IMG/VR virus record: IMGVR_UViG_3300009428_000006
Location: 11,238-75,237 of that record
DNA: 64,000 nucleotides
Direction: 5' to 3' (one strand)
DNA from: a virus
Under the pieces are notes generated by a model. That model was not told the DNA's origin and made no database searches. It saw only the letters and a program-made list of their open reading frames with translations. Below are positions 52,879 through 61,220 of the stretch, piece after piece. The position numbers were made by a program, and so were the translations under genes. How positions within the stretch are numbered: position 1 is the stretch's first letter; the number at the start of each line of letters is the position of its first letter.

Positions 52879-53313
52879 ATGAAAACTTTAAAATCTGTAT
52901 CTTATGAAAACGTTGAAAACTTAAACACTGATTTTAACTACCATCAAGCGGTGTTATCTTTAACTGATAGCGTTATCTATGCAATTAATGAAGCTCTAGA
53001 TTGTGATCAAATCAGTTTTGATAGGGATGAAATAGAAGATCTGGCAAATGATAGCCTATTACATGAAATAGTGGACGGTAGTCAATACGCAATTTATTAT
53101 CATTATCATTTAGATATACTTAAACACTCTACCAATTCAGATTATGCTATTGATCATGGCATCCTTTGCGGTGACAGTTTAGCCGATATTATTAAAAATG
53201 ATGGTTTAAACGGTTTACATCAAGCATTAGCTTTTTATGCAATGTATGCAGACGTACAAGAACAATTAAGCGAACACTTAGATCAGACAGATTTTGATTG
53301 TGATGAAGAATAA
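52879..53313 (+). CDS. Ocr-like DNA-mimic anti-restriction protein
   Basis: Highly acidic; LHEIVDGSQYAIYY resembles T7 Ocr IHMAADNAVPHYY; acidic tail; early location. Confidence 0.6.
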   Translation: MKTLKSVSYENVENLNTDFNYHQAVLSLTDSVIYAINEALDCDQISFDRDEIEDLANDSLLHEIVDGSQYAIYYHYHLDILKHSTNSDYAIDHGILCGDSLADIIKNDGLNGLHQALAFYAMYADVQEQLSEHLDQTDFDCDEE

Positions 53314-53377
53314 ATAACCCCCCTTTTGTGGCGGTGAACTATCCGCCTTTTATTTTCACTAGCACAGGCCGCAATCT

Positions 53378-53563
53378 ATGAGTAAACAAACTGCATTAAA
53401 AGTATGTAAGGATCATCTGAATTATTTGGTACACTTGCAACAGCGACAGAATGATCCAAGCATCACCAAAACATTGTCAAGCGTTATTAATGATCAAATG
53501 GATGATGATCCAGAGTGGCAACAAATGCAATATTTAAGGAGTTTAAGAGATGGCAACAAATGA
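53378..53563 (+). CDS. early hypothetical protein
   Basis: ORF. Confidence 0.5.
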   Translation: MSKQTALKVCKDHLNYLVHLQQRQNDPSITKTLSSVINDQMDDDPEWQQMQYLRSLRDGNK

Positions 53564-53831
53564 TATTAAACTAACAGGCAAAGAATACACTATTACATTT
53601 ACTGAAAATATGTATGATTACATTGTAGAACATAGCTTACTTGAAACTATCAAGACAGAACTTTATACAAACTTTGATGGTATTGATGCAGTTTTGGAAT
53701 ATCACGGATCATTGATCATCGATGTAAATAATATAAACTTAAACCCTGCTACCATTTACGCTAAAGTTGTAAAGGTGATAGGTAATCACAAGCTGTCACA
53801 GCGCACCAAAACGGCTTTAATTATTCATTAG
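53550..53831 (+). CDS. early hypothetical protein
   Basis: AAGGAG RBS. Confidence 0.6.
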   Translation: MATNDIKLTGKEYTITFTENMYDYIVEHSLLETIKTELYTNFDGIDAVLEYHGSLIIDVNNINLNPATIYAKVVKVIGNHKLSQRTKTALIIH

Positions 53832-54237
53832 TGCAATTGCATAGATAACGATTTAAATTAATCACAGTCTATTACAGGACGTTTAAAAAGGTATTAAAAT
53901 TAATTGCAATTATTTATAATAAAAGGTTGCAATACAAATCAAGCTGCATTACTATTTAATCACTGGCTAGCAAGGTGTTAGCCACGTAAACAAATTGAGG
54001 TTAAATTATGAAAGCTTACATGGTTATTTACATGGATAATTTTAAAGCCGTGCAATGTGTAATAGGTGCCGAAAATGAAGAGAATGTTAAAATTAAGGCT
54101 GATAAAGTAGGCATTCAAAATATAGTTAGTATTCAATACTTAAACGCTTATTTATTAAATTAAACACTAAAAGAGGTTGACAGCTCCCAACGTTAGCCGC
54201 TACACTACAAACAAGTTAAACAATGAGGTTTAAAATT

Positions 54238-54426
54238 ATGATTAACTTAACAGAAGCACGCCAAGCGTTATCAAATGAGTTTGAAGAGTTAACACGACTT
54301 GAACAAAAGTTAGAGGATAACACATGCGAACACGGGCAAGGCTACCTAGTTGGTAAGATTGTAGAATGTGAAAAGATGATCCGTGAATTGGATGAAGAGA
54401 TCAAGTTGTTAGAAAGTGAAGAATAA
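54238..54426 (+). CDS. small acidic coiled-coil early protein
   Basis: Promoter at 54177 and GAGG RBS. Confidence 0.6.
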   Translation: MINLTEARQALSNEFEELTRLEQKLEDNTCEHGQGYLVGKIVECEKMIRELDEEIKLLESEE

Positions 54427-54497
54427 TTAAAATTAATAGTTGTTTTCTTGATGTAGTTATGTAACAATGATTACATCTTAACAAAGCAATTTACAAA

Positions 54498-54574
54498 GCG
54501 CTGTTAGCTCAACTGGATAGAGCAAGATGTTTCTACCGTCTAGGTTATAGGTTCGAATCCTATACAGTGTACCA
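54498..54574 (+). tRNA. tRNA-Arg(UCU)
   Basis: Full cloverleaf: GCGCTGT/ACAGTGT acceptor, GCTC/GAGC D-stem with A20, AGATG/CGTCT stem with loop TT-TCT-AC, TTCGAAT T-loop, encoded CCA. Confidence 0.93.
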
Positions 54575-54597
54575 ACTTTCAATAAACAGGTGATATT

Positions 54598-54870
54598 ATG
54601 AAAACAGAAATTATAGTACAGACTTATGAGGCGGCACCCGATATGAGAATAACAGGGTCTAACATGTGGACAGGTAAAAAGGCACATTTTCATGTAAATG
54701 GTAAAAACCAAGGTTATAAAATTTATATGACTAATACAGGTAAATTTATTAGTTTTTATATCAAGCTGAAGGGTATTAACAACTACCTCATTAATGATGC
54801 CATGAACTTTGACAGCTCAGTGTACAGACTGGACAATTTAGTTGGTTGGTACTTTGAAAAGAGTCTTTAA
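54598..54870 (+). CDS. early hypothetical protein
   Basis: AGGTG RBS. Confidence 0.6.
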   Translation: MKTEIIVQTYEAAPDMRITGSNMWTGKKAHFHVNGKNQGYKIYMTNTGKFISFYIKLKGINNYLINDAMNFDSSVYRLDNLVGWYFEKSL

Positions 54871-55224
54871 ATAAAAGCTTTACTTTTAAATTAATAGCCT
54901 GTAATATGCGGGTTATTCCTTAAGAGATAATATTCAAATAATAGGCCGAGATAATGACTAAACAATTTTACTCAAAACGTACTGAACAGTACATGAAAAC
55001 TCAATCAACTATGCACAAGGTTGAAAATGTAATCAAAACTTGCATGTTCGCATTTATCCCTGTAAGCTTGGTTATATTAATAGTTTTAGACTGGTTACGA
55101 GTATTCAGAATTAGCTGGTTAATTGGATAATATGTACCTGTAGTAGTCCTAGGATTGATTTAAATATTTTTACTAGGGCGATTGTATAGGTAATAGATTA
55201 TAAACGCTTAGAGAGGCTTAAAAA

Positions 55225-55635
55225 ATGCTACAATTAACACATGATACACTGAAACAAACATCTACTGAGGTAGAGAAAGGGACAGATATTAGTCAGATCA
55301 TAAATGGTATGTTTTCTCTAATGGATACGTCAAAAGGGATCGGACTTGCTGCGAACCAAGTTGGATTAACTATCCGAGTAATAGTTGTAAACGTGCAAGG
55401 CTTTAGAACTGAAATTATAAACCCCGTGATCACTCGTAAGGGTGGCAAGCTAAAGATCTCAAAGGAGGGCTGTCTATCATTCCCTTCAAGACAGGCCACA
55501 TTAAAAAGGGATGAGATGATCACGGTTGAAGGTTTTGATCGTAATTGGCAACCAATCAAAAAGAATTGCAAAGGATTACTAAGCTATTGTGTACAACATG
55601 AAATAGATCATTTAAACGGTATTACAATTTTATAA
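55225..55635 (+). CDS. def: peptide deformylase
   Basis: GIGLAANQVG, EGCLS and QHEIDHLNG motifs. Confidence 0.95.
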   Translation: MLQLTHDTLKQTSTEVEKGTDISQIINGMFSLMDTSKGIGLAANQVGLTIRVIVVNVQGFRTEIINPVITRKGGKLKISKEGCLSFPSRQATLKRDEMITVEGFDRNWQPIKKNCKGLLSYCVQHEIDHLNGITIL

Positions 55636-55755
55636 ACTAAATGCAAATTAATTGATATAGAGTGTTGACACCTTAGTCAGTGATCTATAATATAGCGGTT
55701 ACTGGCTAAGCAATAACGTATTAGCAGATTAAATAAAAATAGGGGAAATATAATT

Positions 55756-56133
55756 ATGAATGAATTAGCTTTTAACTTAGTAATTGGACTAGTAACAGTC
55801 ATACTGTCAGGGTATGTATTGATCGGACTTATGCGACATTGGACCAGATCAGATAAGTTTATACTGATTAACAGGGCTGGTGTAAGCTGCTGGACTAGTT
55901 ATTTATTAGGTGGTTTTCTTTTAGCACTAGTGACGTTTTTTATTATCGCTGTTTCTAGTCTTTTACGTTCAGATGGTGTACTATTCGAAGCGCTTATAGG
56001 TGTTGTAATCATCTTTGCAGCAATATACACACCCCGCTTTGTACTTGATATCAGCAGAGGCTTACGCTATAATGCAAAAACTGGTGAACTTGCCAGAATC
56101 AAAGAGCTTGAAGATAAATTAAAAGAATACTAA
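55756..56133 (+). CDS. membrane protein (three TM segments)
   Basis: Three hydrophobic segments; own promoter at 55665. Confidence 0.7.
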   Translation: MNELAFNLVIGLVTVILSGYVLIGLMRHWTRSDKFILINRAGVSCWTSYLLGGFLLALVTFFIIAVSSLLRSDGVLFEALIGVVIIFAAIYTPRFVLDISRGLRYNAKTGELARIKELEDKLKEY

Positions 56134-56197
56134 ACAAAAATGATCTGTGAGTGTTAACGAGCAGACCATTATAACCAACTAATCACAAGGTGATAAT

Positions 56198-56395
56198 ATG
56201 AAAGAATCAACAATCTTAAAATTATGCAAACGTGCAACTAGACGTAATCCAAAATCAGTTAATATGATTTCACATTGTGGTGTCTCATTTAGAATACTAA
56301 AAACCACCCACGGCACTTACAAGGTCTATTTTGATGGTCAACAATGGAAGATTAACCAAGTAAAAGATCATTTAGTTAAATATTTATTAAGTTAA
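56198..56395 (+). CDS. early hypothetical protein
   Basis: AAGGTG RBS. Confidence 0.6.
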   Translation: MKESTILKLCKRATRRNPKSVNMISHCGVSFRILKTTHGTYKVYFDGQQWKINQVKDHLVKYLLS

Positions 56396-56461
56396 ACTAA
56401 TAACACAATGACAGATCATAAAAGGTCTGTCATATATCTAACCTAACAAGAGGGCAAATAA

Positions 56462-56719
56462 ATGTACATAATAAGTGCAGGAAAATACAAAGATGATTAC
56501 ACAGATCTATACATAAAATACACAGATCACCATAGTATGACATCCTTAATAGAATCATCTTGGTTCAAAGATTATTATCAACACATAATAGAAGAAGGTG
56601 TGACAGGGTATAGACTGGTAGAAATAAGCCAAGGCTTTAAATTAGTAGTTCAGTACCTAGAAGGCAATTCATACTGTGAGACAGATATATGTCTTTACAG
56701 ATTAAACAGACTAGACTAA
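56462..56719 (+). CDS. early hypothetical protein
   Basis: GAGG RBS. Confidence 0.55.
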   Translation: MYIISAGKYKDDYTDLYIKYTDHHSMTSLIESSWFKDYYQHIIEEGVTGYRLVEISQGFKLVVQYLEGNSYCETDICLYRLNRLD

Positions 56720-56759
56720 TAAAAGAGTAATAGACAACAACAGTCTATTACTTATTTAA

Positions 56760-57140
56760 TATAGCAACATAGTTACACAGACAATACAACCCAGATCAAC
56801 TAACACAATCAAACATACAAGCCCCATAGCCAGCCTGTAACCGATTTAAACCTATTAACCTAAGTAACCCTATTGGGTAGATAATTAAACAGCTTACAGG
56901 CTTATTGAAGAGCTTATATGATACACTAGATAATCATAGACTAATATACATATCTAATTAATCAATCAATACTTACTTATCAATCTAAAATATAGATAAT
57001 ACAATACATACAACAGATCATACAGATCATTATACGCATACTGTACAGATCACCATACACAACTTACATACATAGATCATCTGCATACTATACTACCTGC
57101 CATAGATCGCACTATCCAGATCAATACATAGACTAGATCA
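56760..57140. repeat. A/C-skewed non-coding tract with clustered AGATC repeats (candidate origin)
   Basis: GATC at 56795, 57016, 57025, 57048, 57075, 57105, 57119 and 57136, all preceded by A. Confidence 0.6.
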
Positions 57141-57285
57141 AGGGAGTTGGGAGGGGGAGAATCCCCTTCCAAACCTCAAGTAAGGTTGACATTATCAACT
57201 ATATAATATGGCATACAAACAAGCATACAAATGATAGCTATTACCATTACTATTAAGATTACCATTACTATAGATCTATTAAGTG

Positions 57286-57314
57286 TTGACGTATGCAATA
57301 TCTGTATGTATACT
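57286..57314 (+). promoter_or_regulatory. sigma70 promoter
   Basis: TTGACG-17 bp-TATACT. Confidence 0.7.
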
Positions 57315-57373
57315 TCGTATGGTATGTATATTAAATATTAAGATTACTATGGTATAGTATTATAGTTCTATGC

Positions 57374-57946
57374 ATGGAAATCTTAGAAATCTCGGATCAG
57401 CAACTAAGGGGGGAAGATATGATACTTGTTGACGGCAAAAGGAGTCCCAAATCAGGGTTAAAATATAACAGTAAGCAGGGGCTGCAATCGAGCTACACCG
57501 CAATGGAATACGGGGAATGGGACTCAATAAGAGTTGGAATAGCAGACCAGATGATCAAGAAGTATAAGGCTAGTTATCCTAAGACACAGTACAAAAGCTT
57601 GCAGGGTTTAAGATTTCTACTTATTACACTTATTAAGGTTAGAAAGCGGATAGCATTAACAAAGAATTTGCATTGCACACCTAAGACTTTAAAGAAGATG
57701 GCTGATCAACTATCGGGAATTTATCCAATACTTATAGAGGCTAGATCTGGAGTAAGTAAGCAAGTTAATAACGTTGTTGTTTTCTCATCATCCCCCACTA
57801 TACAGTTAAGGATTATGGCAGAACAATTTATAAGAGAGCATTGGCAGGATCATTTGTGGAGACATAAAGGCGAAGAGTTAAATCTCAAAACTTATGATCC
57901 TGATCAGTATGAATATGACAAATTAAAAAGAGAGGGCAAAATATGA
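57374..57946 (+). CDS. basic hypothetical protein (possible DNA-binding)
   Basis: 190-aa Lys-rich ORF; start uncertain (ATG 57419 has a better RBS). Confidence 0.65.
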   Translation: MEILEISDQQLRGEDMILVDGKRSPKSGLKYNSKQGLQSSYTAMEYGEWDSIRVGIADQMIKKYKASYPKTQYKSLQGLRFLLITLIKVRKRIALTKNLHCTPKTLKKMADQLSGIYPILIEARSGVSKQVNNVVVFSSSPTIQLRIMAEQFIREHWQDHLWRHKGEELNLKTYDPDQYEYDKLKREGKI

Positions 57947-58254
57947 GCTATGGAGAATTTTTAAAACCAATATCTTACCGAGTTATGTTAGGTATAAAGA
58001 AATCAATGGAAGAGATTCCAGAGTTGGTCAGGAATGGAGATGAAGAGGGCATCAAGTCACGTATTGATTGGGTTGCTTATTTTATTGAGGAGTTTCTAGA
58101 TCCTAGTATAGCCTTTATGGATTATATTGATAGAGATGATTGGCCTCAAACACCTGAAGAAGTGCTTGCAGAAAATGAATATTATGACAGCCTAGATGCA
58201 CAAGGTATCAGGGCGGAAATAGAAGCAGAGATGTTAAACACAGATTATAACTAA
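57943..58254 (+). CDS. acidic hypothetical protein
   Basis: Coupled ORF with RBS. Confidence 0.65.
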   Translation: MSYGEFLKPISYRVMLGIKKSMEEIPELVRNGDEEGIKSRIDWVAYFIEEFLDPSIAFMDYIDRDDWPQTPEEVLAENEYYDSLDAQGIRAEIEAEMLNTDYN

Positions 58255-58496
58255 GGAGTTTACAACATGATTTTTATAAAACCAAGAAGAAGCCAACAAA
58301 ACTACAACAGGAATACAGGTAAGATGCAAAGACTAGCGATATTTGCCCTGTCATATGGTGGTAGCTATAAAACTGCAAGTTATGTATCAGGACTAGGACT
58401 AAGACGAGTTAAAGTGATAGCTAAACAATTAAGGAGATTCTAATTAATTTAAAATAATCTATTGACAAGGAAGTCAGAGATCTATACAATGTAACA

Positions 58497-58835
58497 CATA
58501 GATTAATGACAAAGGATAAATATTAGATCACTGGATAGGGAACTTGGTAACCTAATTCACAAAGGCATTATAACAGACCGCTGCAATGGGCAAGTCTCAG
58601 GACCACAAGGTTTCAGGGAGATCCGATCCTTTCCAGCTTATAAGATAGGCAGCCGCCCCGTGTTGAGTTAGTCCGTTCTAGTAAGCAGATACGTAACATG
58701 GAAGTTTTAAACCGTTCTCGGTTGGTGTGCTTAAAGTGTAACAGCCCTCAACAATGTATGCAAGGGCTTATTAGATATTACTTGCTTAATAGTTCACATA
58801 GTATCATCATAGCTGGAAAGCTCAATACAGCCAGC
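58497..58835 (+). ncRNA. candidate structured ncRNA
   Basis: Promoter TTGACA-17-TACAAT (58462-58490) drives a GC-richer segment with no RBS-led ORF and several long-range stems. Confidence 0.45.
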
Positions 58836-58863
58836 CATATTAACGTTACTTGGATCTTACGCT

Positions 58864-59088
58864 TCATGGTGTCACCTTTATTGTTTTATATTCCCACGTT
58901 ACTATGTTGGATTTAATAATATCAAGATCTAACAAGTATGTTAGACCTCTGTTATCAATTATGCGCCCACAAATGCCGTCACATGTAGTCACAGGATACC
59001 AACGATCTTTTGTAAAATCTTTAGCATATGAAACATCCTTTGTAAGTCTGACATATAATTGATCTGTCTCTACCTTTCTACGCTTCAT
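58864..59088 (-). CDS. hypothetical protein
   Basis: ORF with GGGTG RBS. Confidence 0.55.
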   Translation of the reverse strand: MKRRKVETDQLYVRLTKDVSYAKDFTKDRWYPVTTCDGICGRIIDNRGLTYLLDLDIIKSNIVTWEYKTIKVTP

Positions 59089-59223
59089 AGTTCACCCTTC
59101 CCATTTTTAACTAATAGTAATATAGCTAATATTGCTACAATGTATATTAATACGCCTGCTAGTGTTCCACTCATTGTCTAATACCTCTTAATCGTTGTTG
59201 TGCTGGGCTGTAAGGCCATGTAA

Positions 59224-59481
59224 TTACTTAAATGATACATAACCTTTAAATAGTACTTGACCCGTTCTAGCTACAGCCTCAATCTCTTTAAACATCTTAT
59301 TATTAAATGAATTTCCTGTATATCTGTAATAGCTCACAGAAAGCTTTGTGACTGGCTTATCTTGATAATAGATATAACCCTTGCCTAATGGCTTTACAGT
59401 CCAACGTGGCTTGGCTGGTGGCTCATAATGACGATGTTTAAAGCCTAGTTTGTTGAACGTCTTCTTGATTGATTCTAGCAT
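59224..59481 (-). CDS. hypothetical protein
   Basis: AAGGA RBS; minus-strand promoter TTGTAA-17-TACCAT at about 59513-59541. Confidence 0.6.
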   Translation of the reverse strand: MLESIKKTFNKLGFKHRHYEPPAKPRWTVKPLGKGYIYYQDKPVTKLSVSYYRYTGNSFNNKMFKEIEAVARTGQVLFKGYVSFK

Positions 59482-59571
59482 AGTTGATCCTTATTAGTTA
59501 ATTGATTATTGAATGGTAGCATTGGCTGATGGATTTTACAAGCTGTTTTACAACTGGCCTTAGATCGTGAC

Positions 59572-59636
59572 CACCCTAGATCGAAAAATCCCCAGAGCAT
59601 CTATAGTAAAACTGGGAAAGTCAAACGGTTTTCAAT
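59572..59636 (+). repeat. conserved leader element, copy 2
   Basis: Homologous to 49889-49957. Confidence 0.8.
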
Positions 59637-59663
59637 TCTCAACTTGCTTGCTTTTATTTTCTA

Positions 59664-60195
59664 AATGATAATCAATATCAAATGCAAATAGTTATCATTA
59701 ACTCTAGATGAGAATTGATATCAAATGCGATCTCTTCTCAACAACTACAAATGAGAATAGCCATCAATTGCAAATGAGAATAAGTCTTATCTGCTTACTT
59801 GAGAATAATTATCAATACCAATTAGCAAATGGTAGATCTAACGAGTGATAAGCCTAGCACGTTTTCAATTAATCACATAGAACGGTTTGTTATATACATA
59901 TGCTTAATTATTACTACAATTCACAAGCTAAACATGCTAAGCATCTAGATGATAATGATTATCAATAACTAATTTAACTAAGCAAACAGTGTGCCAACTA
60001 TTGTCCGATCTACCAGATGAAGAGATCTTTTTGTTTTAATACTAACACTAAGGTAAAACCGATCGCCTCTTAGAATCACTTACAGGACGTTTTAGCCTAT
60101 GTTGACTTTGAATCAATAGTACGCTGGGCAATAATAAAATGTTGACAGGCTGATCAATATATGCATGAGGCTGGTGGATGATAACTATTATCAAT
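59664..60195. promoter_or_regulatory. Fur-box-like array 2
   Basis: 19-mers at 59664, 59681, 59707, 59724, 59750, 59773, 59798, 59948 and 60177 match AATGANAATNATTNTCATT at about 10-14 of 16 positions. Confidence 0.72.
59981..59997 (-). promoter_or_regulatory. sigma54 (-24/-12) consensus site
   Basis: TTGGCACACTGTTTGCT on the minus strand (GG-N10-GC). Confidence 0.55.
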
Positions 60196-60311
60196 TAGAA
60201 ATTAATTTAAAATAAAGTGCATTTAATAGTAGATCTTCCTATCTAAGTATGAGATGATCACTCTATCGGAACGGTACAACGTTTCACAACTTACATTTTA
60301 AGGCTTACATT

Positions 60312-60512
60312 ATGAAAACTTATCAATCAGCTAAACTGGACACTTACAAAAATAAAGATGGATCTTATACTACTTACATTTTTAACGGTAAAGATTTAAA
60401 AGCATGTAAAGAGGTTACATACAAGTTAAAACGTGATTCTGTCGCAATGGCTAAAATCTTAGTAGATAACAATGATTATAACTTTTTAAAGTTAACTAAC
60501 TATTACAACTAA
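60312..60512 (+). CDS. early hypothetical protein
   Basis: Promoter and AAGG RBS. Confidence 0.6.
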   Translation: MKTYQSAKLDTYKNKDGSYTTYIFNGKDLKACKEVTYKLKRDSVAMAKILVDNNDYNFLKLTNYYN

Positions 60513-60611
60513 TTTAACTTTATTTACCGAAAAGTATTGATCATCTTAGCTAGATATGAGATGATCAATACATCGAAGCAATACAGCTTAACCATTTAGG
60601 AATTAACGACA

Positions 60612-60790
60612 ATGAAAACATTATCTGCTAAAACAATCGCATGTGTTACTAAGTTCATCAACGAATCTAACACAGTAGGCATTCAAGCTATCAAAGCAAG
60701 CGCTACTAGGTCACTGCAAGAACGTAACCCAAACGGTACACAGTATGCGATTGCAGCGTTAGAACTTAAATCTATTGATAGTATTTTATA
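60612..60790 (+). CDS. early hypothetical protein (about 59 aa)
   Basis: AGGA RBS, MKTLSAKTIAC...; followed by a terminator at about 60811-60837. Confidence 0.5.
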
Positions 60791-60869
60791 ATAAACTAAC
60801 CATTACCAACAAAGCCCACTCTGACTAGTGGGCTTTTACTTTTAATTAAAAGATTTTTAAGGATGTAGT

Positions 60870-61073
60870 ATGGATAACAAAATGCGACACTATCTAGGGT
60901 TATACTTGTTTTTACAGCACGAAAAGCATCTAAGTATGGTACTAGATTTACAATTCAGGGATAGCTTAAGGCGTAATTTCAATCTAACTGAAGAGAAATT
61001 AACAGAAAGTCTAAAAGAGGTTGAAGGTAGCCTTAATCTTGATATATCTTGTTTATATCTAGAATTTGATTGA
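60870..61073 (+). CDS. hypothetical protein
   Basis: AAGGA RBS. Confidence 0.55.
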   Translation: MDNKMRHYLGLYLFLQHEKHLSMVLDLQFRDSLRRNFNLTEEKLTESLKEVEGSLNLDISCLYLEFD

Positions 61074-61220
61074 TATTAAATGTAATGGCCACTGTAAAAG
61101 GTGGCTTTTAATGTTCAAACTATTTTAACTTTATTCACTCAAAAGAGTTGATCATCTTATCTGAATATGAGATGATCACTTTATTGAAGCAATACTGCTT
61201 AACCATTTAGGAATTACACA

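Larger units (their letters stand above)
60230..61178 (+). promoter_or_regulatory. three palindromic GATC-containing promoters (60230, 60537, 61148)
   Basis: TTGATCATCTTA-N8-TGAGATGATCA; each copy precedes a small gene. Confidence 0.7.

Noticed and set aside
54530-54536. Amber suppressor reading (CTA) of the tRNA loop to explain the tape measure TAG
   Set aside because: The 5-bp stem and 7-nt loop centre TCT, with CTA off by one position, and Arg identity element A20 is present.
58698-59062. + strand ORFs 58698-58916 and 58850-59062
   Set aside because: No RBS; they overlap the structured segment and the better supported minus-strand gene.
59664-59816. CRISPR array or mini-array
   Set aside because: The repeats are degenerate 19-bp palindromes with overlapping, irregular spacing and no unique 30-40 nt spacers.
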